Of a DNA stretch of 24,094 nt, positions 8,238 to 16,471 are shown one piece after another. The stretch covers positions 1-24,094 of IMG/VR virus record IMGVR_UViG_3300014914_000538. One strand, written 5' to 3'. Within the stretch, counting starts at the first letter, position 1, and the number at the start of each line of letters is the position of its first letter. The DNA is from a virus. Position numbers and translations under genes: made by a program. The notes under the pieces are model-generated. The model did not search any database, was not told the DNA's origin, and saw only the letters and a list, made by a program, of their open reading frames with translations.

Positions 8238-10488
8238 GATAATTAATTGGCTAGAACTTCTTGCTAAAGCTCCTCCTAAGAAAGGTGAGGGAGGAGAAGG
8301 CGGGTTCTTTCTTGCACCCTATATGGAATATCCTACTTGCAAGAAATGTAAATACGTTATGCAACATCATTGGAGAGGAGCTAGTGTTCATACTGACTGG
8401 AGAATGGAAGTAAACGACCATCTAGTAGGTTGGACTGTATTAGATAATCCAAAAGGAACTCCTACTGTTACTACAGTTAAAGAAGCTAGAAAAGTCTTTA
8501 ACGAATGGAAAAGTAAATTCAAATTCCGACCAGAGAAAAAGAATATTGGCTTAAGAGCAGAAACCAAATGTCCTTCAGAAGTTTGTGATGAATGGACTTA
8601 TTCTATAAAAGGAATCAAAGACGGTCAAGTCTTTATTGAGTATAAAAATATAGAAAAGCTTTCTTTAAGAACTTTAGAAGAATTAGCTAGACAACCTAAA
8701 GTTTGGTTAAACGTAGAAGGGATAGTTAAACCAGGAGAAGTAGGAGCCACGAAAGAATATCCTGGAGTTTTCTATATCATCGATAAGGGTCAAGTTTACT
8801 TTGGTGCTCAAAAACCTTACTTCCATGAGTACTTTATTAAATCAGAGAAGAAAGATGGTGTTTTCTCTAAGAAAGATTGGACAAGAGTAATAGTAAGAGC
8901 AGTTAATGTGAATATAATTGATCCAGAAACTAAGAAGCCTAAACCAGGGACAGAACTAATGTGGAGGATCTTGATTCCTGGAGATCAAACTCCGTATTGT
9001 CTAAAAAGAGGAATGAAAAAGAAATGGGTTCCACCTAAGAACTATATCCCAGTTCCACCAGAATGGAGAAAGGGAGAGCTCTATGAGAAATGGTATGAGT
9101 GGGTCAAAGAACAATGGAAAGGTGGCAAGAAAAGCAAAGAAAGCAAAAGTGAGCTGGCAGAAGCTAGTTTTGTTGTTCATTATCTATCTTGGATGGGTCC
9201 AGTACACGTAAGAGGAATACCTAGAATGAGATGGTTATTAAGATTAAAAGAAGGAGGCAAAGTAAGATCGTTCATTTCTGATTATGACTTTACTAGATTC
9301 CAACCTGTTCCTTTGACTGACGAAGGATATGTAGCTTCTAAGTGGTTTGATTATGAAGGAGAAATTAAGCCAGGAGAGAATCCAACTTATAATCCTACTA
9401 AAGAACTGAATGCTAAAATGAAAATAATTGACAAAGGAAAGGTAAATGTTAAAAGTGAAAAAGTAAATGGGACTGAGAAACTAATTTTAGAAATGAAAGG
9501 AAAGAAGTTAAAAGGTACGTTTGCTCTAATTCAAGAAGAGAAAGGTTCTAAAATCTATACTTGGAAAGTAGAAAAACTTAGTAATTTGAAAAAGGCTAAA
9601 TTTGTCTTACAAATTCATGAAATAGAAACACCAGAAGGTTTGAAAAAACATTGGGACGTTAGAGTTTCAGATGGCTGGGAATTTAATCTCTATGGAAATC
9701 CCGTAGAGCTTGAAAAAGGTGAAGGTGTTAAGGCTGTATATAAAAGATGTTTGAATATTGAGAAATGGATGAATATCAAAAAGCCTAAGACTAAAATGAT
9801 GATAGGTAACTTGATTACTTATGTCACTCCTATAGATGAGGGAGATGTAAGTATAATTGAATACAAACCACCAATATTTATCTCAATGGAATTTCATGGA
9901 AAGAAATTAAAAGGCTATTATGTCTATATAGAGAAAGATAAAGAAGCTGTCTTTAAGAAAGCAAAACTCCCTGAACCACTTTCTGGAACAGGAGATCCAA
10001 CAACAGGAGATTATTACAGACCTTTCAAAGTAGAGAAAAAGAAAACATGGGATTACTATTGGTTGTATCTTTACGATATTGGAGAATTTACAAGATGTGT
10101 AAAAGATCCTGAGAAATATATCCCTGCTTTGAAAGATAGGCCAAAAGAAGTTCTTGATGTCCTAGTGTGTCTTTATCCAAGACCAGGTACTATTCATGGA
10201 GCAAGAGTATGTGGGTTGAAAATATCAGAAGAATGGTCAGTAGATAAAGCTAGTGAGTGGATAAGGAAGAATAAGTTACATACTTGGGAAGGAGAATTAA
10301 TAAGAGAGCAAAGAAAGAAAACAGAAAGTGAGTTAGAAAAAGAAGTTGACTCTGCAGTACTTAAAATCTTAAAAGAGATAGAAAGAAAGGCATCAGAGAA
10401 AGATACTGAAGAAGAAAAGTTGAAAAAGGAGTTGCTTAAAAAGAAACTAGAATTAATAGAAAAATGGTTGGAGGTTAATAAGGAATGA
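8221..10488 (+). CDS. Protein with three tandem LigD-type 3'-phosphoesterase (PE) domains, an unknown domain and a C-terminal coiled coil
   Basis: PE1 YVMQHHWRGASVHTDWRME and PE3 FVLQIH...HWDVR match the LigD_N Q-x-H...H-x-D-x-R motif. PE2 is degenerate. C-terminal DxG motifs occur in all three domains and G-K-K-L-K-G in PE2 and PE3. TTG 8221 follows GGTGA at 8211-8215; ATG 8200 is an alternative start. Confidence 0.8.
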   Translation: MKITPKIINWLELLAKAPPKKGEGGEGGFFLAPYMEYPTCKKCKYVMQHHWRGASVHTDWRMEVNDHLVGWTVLDNPKGTPTVTTVKEARKVFNEWKSKFKFRPEKKNIGLRAETKCPSEVCDEWTYSIKGIKDGQVFIEYKNIEKLSLRTLEELARQPKVWLNVEGIVKPGEVGATKEYPGVFYIIDKGQVYFGAQKPYFHEYFIKSEKKDGVFSKKDWTRVIVRAVNVNIIDPETKKPKPGTELMWRILIPGDQTPYCLKRGMKKKWVPPKNYIPVPPEWRKGELYEKWYEWVKEQWKGGKKSKESKSELAEASFVVHYLSWMGPVHVRGIPRMRWLLRLKEGGKVRSFISDYDFTRFQPVPLTDEGYVASKWFDYEGEIKPGENPTYNPTKELNAKMKIIDKGKVNVKSEKVNGTEKLILEMKGKKLKGTFALIQEEKGSKIYTWKVEKLSNLKKAKFVLQIHEIETPEGLKKHWDVRVSDGWEFNLYGNPVELEKGEGVKAVYKRCLNIEKWMNIKKPKTKMMIGNLITYVTPIDEGDVSIIEYKPPIFISMEFHGKKLKGYYVYIEKDKEAVFKKAKLPEPLSGTGDPTTGDYYRPFKVEKKKTWDYYWLYLYDIGEFTRCVKDPEKYIPALKDRPKEVLDVLVCLYPRPGTIHGARVCGLKISEEWSVDKASEWIRKNKLHTWEGELIREQRKKTESELEKEVDSAVLKILKEIERKASEKDTEEEKLKKELLKKKLELIEKWLEVNKE

Positions 10489-10832
10489 AGATCTTCAAAG
10501 ACCCAGATTTAAAGGAAGAAATAAAAGCTATTAACTTTGGTAAAGTAAAAGTTGGTCAGAGTAAAGAAGTTACTGTTTGGCTTCTTAATGACTCAAAAGG
10601 GATTCTCACTAATTTGGCTTTTGAGTTTTCTAGTCCGTTGCCACCTTCTGAAAAAATAGAAGTAGTGAAAGCGCCTGTCACAATTCAACCCGGAAAAGCA
10701 GAACCTTTAACTCTAAGATGGAGACCTTCTGCTAAGTTTGAGCAGGCTCTTGAAATTGGAATTAGAGTAACTGGAGAAATAGTTTATGTTGCAAAAAGAA
10801 AAATAGAAGTAGAAGAGGAGGTTAAGAAATGA
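10485..10832 (+). CDS. Single Ig-like (ASH/PapD-like) domain protein
   Basis: INFGKVKVGQSKEVTVWLLND...TIQPGKAEPLTLRWRP fits the ASH/choice-of-anchor-D Ig pattern. ATGA overlap with the upstream gene. Confidence 0.6.
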   Translation: MKIFKDPDLKEEIKAINFGKVKVGQSKEVTVWLLNDSKGILTNLAFEFSSPLPPSEKIEVVKAPVTIQPGKAEPLTLRWRPSAKFEQALEIGIRVTGEIVYVAKRKIEVEEEVKK

Positions 10833-11323
10833 TAGGTATAGTTTCAGTCTTTCAGGTACATGACTTATTCGAAACAGATCCAAAATTGATTGAGAAAATA
10901 ATCTCTTTCTGGAGACTTAACATGAAAGCTTTCGGTGTAAAGAAACTGATTATAGTTAACATTGATGACCTTCCTGTTACTTGTGGGGATCTTGAAATAG
11001 AATTTGAAGTCTATAATACTCTTGAAGAAGTCCTAAAGAAATACTCAGATTATACTTTTGTCTTCCTTGAGTGTGCTCAGCAAATAGAGGGAATAGACTT
11101 TATACCTCTTAAGAGCTTTGAGCATCCAGCAGATAATGTTTTGTATGTCTTTGGTTCTGACTACTCTGTTCTCAATTTATCTGAGTTGAAAGAGAAGGGG
11201 TATTTAGAGGGTAACTTTGTAGTCTCGATTGAGACCGGATCAACAATACCTCTATGGGCTCACACTGCAATGTCTATAGTTCTCTATGACAGGAAGGTGA
11301 AACTAAGTGACAGTAACGAGTAA
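10829..11323 (+). CDS. SPOUT-superfamily (SpoU/TrmH/TrmL-like) methyltransferase
   Basis: WRLNMKAFGV (motif 1-like), VLYVFGSD (motif 2, around 11141-11161) and VSIETGSTIPLWAHTAMSIVLYDR (motif 3-like trefoil-knot region). Confidence 0.65.
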   Translation: MIGIVSVFQVHDLFETDPKLIEKIISFWRLNMKAFGVKKLIIVNIDDLPVTCGDLEIEFEVYNTLEEVLKKYSDYTFVFLECAQQIEGIDFIPLKSFEHPADNVLYVFGSDYSVLNLSELKEKGYLEGNFVVSIETGSTIPLWAHTAMSIVLYDRKVKLSDSNE

Positions 11324-12872
11324 TCTTACAACAATATCTAATTGTGATTCAGAAACTAACTGGGACTCTAACGATCCATCTTTTGGTACAGATGATATAA
11401 GAAAAGAAGGATCTTATTCTCTTTCAATGGACGTAGATATAGAAACAAGTTATATGCGTTATGATCTAGGCTCTGCTCAGGATTATTCCAATAGAGTTCT
11501 CTATGTCTGGATGATGTGCATGACTGCCTCCTTCTTAGATACAAAGGCAAATGGAGGTATGCAAATTTTCATAGAAGATTCTTCTGGCAATCAATCGTAT
11601 TGGTATGTAGGTGGAAGCGATACCTATAAAGGAGGTTGGAAATGTTTCTCAGTTTATTGCTCTTCAACTCCAGATGCAAATAATGGAACAAACGCAGATC
11701 CTTCACAAACTCGTTATATAGGAGTAAGATACAAAGGAGTGGCAAAGAGCAAACTAGCTGATAACTGTTATGTAGATTTTGTAAGATATGGATCTGCTAC
11801 TCAACCTGCAGTTAAGATAACAGGAGGGTCTGCCGCTTCTCCATTAACTTGGGAGGATCTTTTTTCAGATGATGATACTTCTGATATAGGTGTGATTCAG
11901 AAAGGAGAACAAACCTATCTTTTAACTGGAGGAATCCAGTTTGGTGATACAAGTTCTGGTGATGTCTATTTCTCTGACAAATTGCAAGTTGTTCAGTTTG
12001 AAGATTTACCTTCAATCCCAGATCAGTTCGAAATTTCTGTAGTAAACAACCCTAGTGGAATAGCCTCCGTTCTCTTTGGAGAAAAATCTGGAGAAGTAGG
12101 TCTTGCAGGTGGTTTAATTAGAGCAAAGAATACTATCTACCCCTATAAAGTGACTATCACTGATGTAGATGTTTCAACTTTCAAGCTATGTGGAGTTACT
12201 TTTCTAGATGCTTCAACTATAACTCTTCCTTCTGAGACAGTAGGAGCAGAAGTACTTAACTGTCTTTTTCAATCCTGTGCTAGAGTAGATCCTTCAAGTT
12301 CTACTTTTCGATATTGTACGTTCGTTGATGCTGATGATGTTGCTCTACTTTTGCCCTCTTCTCATAATGTCAAAGATTGTTCTTTCTTATCTAACCCCAA
12401 AGCAGTAGAAATAGATACGCCAGGGACTTTCACTTTTGACAATCTTACTTTTACTGGAAATGATATAGATATTTATAATACTTCTGGTGGAACAGTAGTA
12501 GTCCAGTGTGTCAATGGTTCAAACCCAAGCACTTCTTCTTCACCATCTGGTGGAACAGTAGAAATTCAAAACGTGGTTTACTTAAAAGTTTATGTCAAAG
12601 ATAGTGATGGAGTAGAAATTTCAAATGCAAGAGTTGCTATTTATAAATCCTCTGACATGACTCAACTAATGAATGAACTAACTGATGCAAACGGAAAGGC
12701 AGAAGAAACATTCCAATACCCAGGATCGGATGTAGAAGTTATTATCCGAGTCAGGAAATCTTCAGTAGGAGATACGAGGTATATTCCTGTTGAGACTATA
12801 GGAGTGATAGGAGTAGACGGTCTTACTCAATATGTTACTATGTATGAAGATACCTCTCTTGAAGGAGGTTAG
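11307..12872 (+). CDS. Putative virion structural protein: carbohydrate-binding-like beta-sandwich, beta-helix, C-terminal Ig-like domain
   Basis: GTG start with AGGTGA SD at 11295-11300. Beta-helix-type repeats (VLNCLF, FRYCTF, VKDCSF, FDNLTF) and a C-terminal VKDSDGVEISNARVAIY...TDANG motif. Confidence 0.55.
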   Translation: MTVTSNLTTISNCDSETNWDSNDPSFGTDDIRKEGSYSLSMDVDIETSYMRYDLGSAQDYSNRVLYVWMMCMTASFLDTKANGGMQIFIEDSSGNQSYWYVGGSDTYKGGWKCFSVYCSSTPDANNGTNADPSQTRYIGVRYKGVAKSKLADNCYVDFVRYGSATQPAVKITGGSAASPLTWEDLFSDDDTSDIGVIQKGEQTYLLTGGIQFGDTSSGDVYFSDKLQVVQFEDLPSIPDQFEISVVNNPSGIASVLFGEKSGEVGLAGGLIRAKNTIYPYKVTITDVDVSTFKLCGVTFLDASTITLPSETVGAEVLNCLFQSCARVDPSSSTFRYCTFVDADDVALLLPSSHNVKDCSFLSNPKAVEIDTPGTFTFDNLTFTGNDIDIYNTSGGTVVVQCVNGSNPSTSSSPSGGTVEIQNVVYLKVYVKDSDGVEISNARVAIYKSSDMTQLMNELTDANGKAEETFQYPGSDVEVIIRVRKSSVGDTRYIPVETIGVIGVDGLTQYVTMYEDTSLEGG

Positions 12873-12873
12873 G

Positions 12874-12884
12874 TTTAAATAAAA
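12874..12884 (+). promoter_or_regulatory. Archaeal TATA-box-like element TTTAAATAAAA
   Basis: Intergenic, 30-40 nt upstream of ATG 12914, with a GGTGA SD (12904-12908) in between. Confidence 0.6.
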
Positions 12885-12913
12885 AAATAAGTTAAAAGTA
12901 GTAGGTGAATTTA

Positions 12914-15097
12914 ATGGCTATATCTGATGAATGGAACATAGATGCTTTAAACAAAAGGATTTATACAACTTCTGGTCCCTCGACCTTTACTGTTAATGAT
13001 CTTTATTCTTGGCTAATGGATGAGTTCGACAGCCAACAATACATGGACGATCCTATACCTATGACTGCTCAGACACCTACAGAGTATACTTTAGTAAATG
13101 GCTGGTTTATTGATGAAAATTCTCTTAAGTACCTCAAAGGTGGTGCTATAAAGACTGATGGTTGGAATGAAGAGATTTACATTCTCTATTTACAATCTTC
13201 TGGCTATACAGACTGTGTTTCAGGAGACATTGGTAAATACGTTCAAGATGGTGGAGGAGACTTTGGTGTTCTATTATGGTACAATAATACAAAGAGAAAG
13301 TGGTGGATAAGAAAAACTGGTACAATTCCCTCTTGTGGAACTTCTATCTCAATCAATGGAGGAACTGGTGCTGGTACTCTCTTGTCTTCAAATTGTTCGA
13401 AAACGGGAGAAGATCTTTATGCAAACATCTACACCCTAGGTACTATTGAGTCGGGTACTAACATTTATGTTATACAAGCAGGAGAAAGGTATCCTACCTA
13501 TTGGGGTATTGGGAGTGAGTGGTGGCCTGCAGGGCACATTGATATTCTTGTTAAAGTTAAAGAAGCTGGTACCGAGGTTGACAATGGAGTTGTTACTGTT
13601 TATGGCAGAGAATATACGGATTACTATGACTTCTATGAAATTGACTTATCTGCTGGTGGTAGAAATGCTGTACCTTTGGCTACTTCAAATGACTTGGACA
13701 ACCAGACTGCAGAGTCTACTGTTGCTAATTATATAGAAAAGATCAAAGTTTGGTTTGTCCACGGAGATTTAGCCTACGACACTGGTTCAGGCACTCTACC
13801 AACTAATGTAGTATCACATGTCATCCATGACACTGCTTCACATGCTGTTGGAGTAGTTTTAGAACAAGTTTCTGGTGGTACAGTCTCTGGTACTTTTAAG
13901 CTTGGAAACACATCTGGCACATTTAATGATAATGAAGCTTTAGAGTTCTTGTCAGAATTGCAGTTCAACAATCCTTCAGGCACATTCTATGTAGGAGATA
14001 CAGTTACAGGAGAAAGCTCCAATGCTCAAGGAATTATCAGATATCTAGACCAAATAGATGGAGCAACAATAGGTTGTCTTTATCTTTCAGATAGAAATGC
14101 TAATGACTTCCAAGATGGAGAGAACTTATTAGTTTCTGGAAACACTATTGCTAAAGCTTTAGGGACTCAGACAGACTATAACTGGTCTGGGCAAACTGCT
14201 GGAACTTTGGTATTCGATAATACAATTAACAAAGACATAGACGATGGCCAAGGAGCGAAACCTTATAGTGTAGTCATAGACTTAGGCTCGAAAACTGTTG
14301 CTGAGTTATATGAGTTTGTGAAATATCTTTGTAGAAGAACTTCTAATTACATCCTTTATCCAACTGATGGGTCTTCAACTATCTATCAAATAGTGGGAGA
14401 GCAATATCAGAAAGCAGATACTTCTTATACACAAGTAAAGAAGACATCACCTCTAGGTACCTTTGCTGGTGGCAAGTTCTTTGGTGCTAGAGGAGTCTGG
14501 ATACAAAATATGGATATCAATGATATCAGAAACTATCAGTTAATAGATCATAATAACTCAACTCATGATCCTCCAAACTGGCAATCTTATGTGGTGACAA
14601 ACTTAGTTTCTGGAGACAGAGTAGCAATCTTTCCAACTACTGGAGCAGGATCTGAAACAATTAATAAGTCTCAGTTTACTCTAGCCGGTCAAAGTTCTGG
14701 TGTGGATTATATCCAAGTACAAGAATCAATTCCTGTAGATACTCCATATAAAGAAGAAGACATGCCAGGTGTTATTCGAGTTAGATATAATGTAGGACAA
14801 CCTACTGAAGGAGAAGATATCTATGCATACAACTCAATAGACTTTGACAACAAGAAGTTCATGATACAAGGAACAACTTCAAGAGCTTATACTTCTTCTG
14901 ACAAGGCCTATGTACCTTATCTTGATAGACAAGCAGATGCTTCTCAAGAGTCAGTAACAGTAAAGTATATAGCCGATAGATATGTCTTAGTAGTAGTCAG
15001 AAGGAAAGGAATAATCCCATTCCAACTAGCAGCTACTTTCACTGATACAGGATTGAGAGTTTCAGCGATTAGAACTTCAGATGGAATTGTGACTTAA
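12914..15097 (+). CDS. Large putative virion structural protein
   Basis: 730-codon Gly/Thr/Ser-rich ORF. It contains GTFYVGDTVTGESSNAQG-type modules seen in phage structural proteins and shares modules with both neighbours. ATG 12914 is preferred because GTG 12905 lies within the SD. Confidence 0.55.
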   Translation: MAISDEWNIDALNKRIYTTSGPSTFTVNDLYSWLMDEFDSQQYMDDPIPMTAQTPTEYTLVNGWFIDENSLKYLKGGAIKTDGWNEEIYILYLQSSGYTDCVSGDIGKYVQDGGGDFGVLLWYNNTKRKWWIRKTGTIPSCGTSISINGGTGAGTLLSSNCSKTGEDLYANIYTLGTIESGTNIYVIQAGERYPTYWGIGSEWWPAGHIDILVKVKEAGTEVDNGVVTVYGREYTDYYDFYEIDLSAGGRNAVPLATSNDLDNQTAESTVANYIEKIKVWFVHGDLAYDTGSGTLPTNVVSHVIHDTASHAVGVVLEQVSGGTVSGTFKLGNTSGTFNDNEALEFLSELQFNNPSGTFYVGDTVTGESSNAQGIIRYLDQIDGATIGCLYLSDRNANDFQDGENLLVSGNTIAKALGTQTDYNWSGQTAGTLVFDNTINKDIDDGQGAKPYSVVIDLGSKTVAELYEFVKYLCRRTSNYILYPTDGSSTIYQIVGEQYQKADTSYTQVKKTSPLGTFAGGKFFGARGVWIQNMDINDIRNYQLIDHNNSTHDPPNWQSYVVTNLVSGDRVAIFPTTGAGSETINKSQFTLAGQSSGVDYIQVQESIPVDTPYKEEDMPGVIRVRYNVGQPTEGEDIYAYNSIDFDNKKFMIQGTTSRAYTSSDKAYVPYLDRQADASQESVTVKYIADRYVLVVVRRKGIIPFQLAATFTDTGLRVSAIRTSDGIVT

Positions 15098-15111
15098 GAG
15101 AGTGAATAGCT

Positions 15112-15327
15112 TTGAAGTTTAAAGATCCAAATGGAAGAATACGAGAAGGACTATATTTCAAAAAAGTGAAGTTTGCTGTCAAAGATGCAGTAAACAACGA
15201 CACTCTTAAGCTAGAAGAGTATGTAGAAGTAATGATCAAAGGCAGAAATAGAAAGTGGATTCAGTGGTATAAATACAAAGAATTCAAGGAACTTAATCCA
15301 AGTATAGTGATACAGAATGACAATTAA
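15112..15327 (+). CDS. Small hypothetical protein
   Basis: TTG start with a GAGTGA-like SD upstream. It fills the gap between two genes and overlaps the next start. No family recognised. Confidence 0.5.
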   Translation: MKFKDPNGRIREGLYFKKVKFAVKDAVNNDTLKLEEYVEVMIKGRNRKWIQWYKYKEFKELNPSIVIQNDN

Positions 15328-16471
15328 TTTCCTTCCTTCTATGAAATGGATCCAAATCCTTTCTCAAAAGTTTACTATCTCAGAGGCAACAGTTGGATCC
15401 AATACAGTTACTGTAAATGAAACTATTCCTGCTGAGACACCTGATGAGGGACAAATAAGTCTAGCTTTGTCAAAAGCAGAATGTATGGGGACTGTAGATC
15501 TCTCGGGAGGACATGATTGGTCCTCCTCTCCTGAAAATTTTTATGTTTATTCTAAAGCTTCTTATAATCAGTTTACTCAAGTTACTCTTAATCAGAATTG
15601 TCCTGATTTAGATTCAATCGTAAGTCATATTAATCAACAACTCTCTTCCCCTTTTCCACATAATCAATACTTAGAGGCTTTTCATAATGGAGAAAGAGTT
15701 GGAATAAGATACAAGGAAGGATATGAAGGTGATGTCTATGCCTTTAGACTTAAGCCGGGGACTTCAGATGCTTTAGCTACTTTAGGATGGCCTGCTGGAA
15801 TTTATGTTGGAGAATCAGATAGATATGAATATTCTTCTTGGTCAGGGCAAAACTTTATTTTAAAAACTTCTTTAACAAGAACTTATACTCCTGGATATAA
15901 AGCTACTGTTCATCCAATAGAAATCGATGTTCAAGATATTTATAATCAAGCTATGGATTGGGCAGATAATCCAGAAGGGATTTCTTACTCTTGTCCGATG
16001 TCAGCAACAGGATATGCTCCTCTTGGAGGAAATGTTTATACGGATAAGATTTTCATGCTTACGAATGGATGGAAGCTAGCTCCTGAGGAAGGAAATTATA
16101 GATTAGTTTTAATCGGAACCATAATAACTGACGATGGTTCTGAAAGGATTGTCCTTCCTGGAGCAGGAGTTATTTCTATTACTTTTCAGGTTTCTTCTCA
16201 AGGAATTATCTCTATGACTTCTGGCCTTACTGAAAGTGACAAAACAGATATAGCTGAGAAAGTCTGGGATGTTGAAGATGGAAGTACAGTTAAGAGTAAA
16301 ATAGAGAACATAGAGAGTGATGTAACTCTTCTGAAGAAGGTAGAAACTGGAAGATGGAAGATAGAAGGAGATTATCTAATAATTTATGATACTGATGGTC
16401 AGACTATACTTAAGAAATTCTTGCTCAAAGGAGAACAGAAGAAAGCTTATTCAGAGAGGGTTCCTGTTTAA
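15317..16471 (+). CDS. Putative virion structural protein with nested domain insertions
   Basis: Shares two modules with the 12914-15097 protein. It has an IAEKVWD motif and a C-terminal GRWKIEGDYLIIYDTDG motif of the kind seen in phage structural proteins. Confidence 0.55.
   Translation: MTINFLPSMKWIQILSQKFTISEATVGSNTVTVNETIPAETPDEGQISLALSKAECMGTVDLSGGHDWSSSPENFYVYSKASYNQFTQVTLNQNCPDLDSIVSHINQQLSSPFPHNQYLEAFHNGERVGIRYKEGYEGDVYAFRLKPGTSDALATLGWPAGIYVGESDRYEYSSWSGQNFILKTSLTRTYTPGYKATVHPIEIDVQDIYNQAMDWADNPEGISYSCPMSATGYAPLGGNVYTDKIFMLTNGWKLAPEEGNYRLVLIGTIITDDGSERIVLPGAGVISITFQVSSQGIISMTSGLTESDKTDIAEKVWDVEDGSTVKSKIENIESDVTLLKKVETGRWKIEGDYLIIYDTDGQTILKKFLLKGEQKKAYSERVPV

Noticed and set aside
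8569-8685. Possible mini-intein in PE1 (the insert starts with Cys)
   Set aside because: It is only 39 aa, with no block B TxxH, no C-terminal His-Asn and no following Cys/Ser/Thr nucleophile.
4608-10488. Ordinary cellular NHEJ operon (Ku-LigD) captured from a host
   Set aside because: No Ku or AEP polymerase is visible. The domain set (MBL, ASCH, Pol-beta NTase, triple PE) and the structural-gene context differ from cellular LigD loci.
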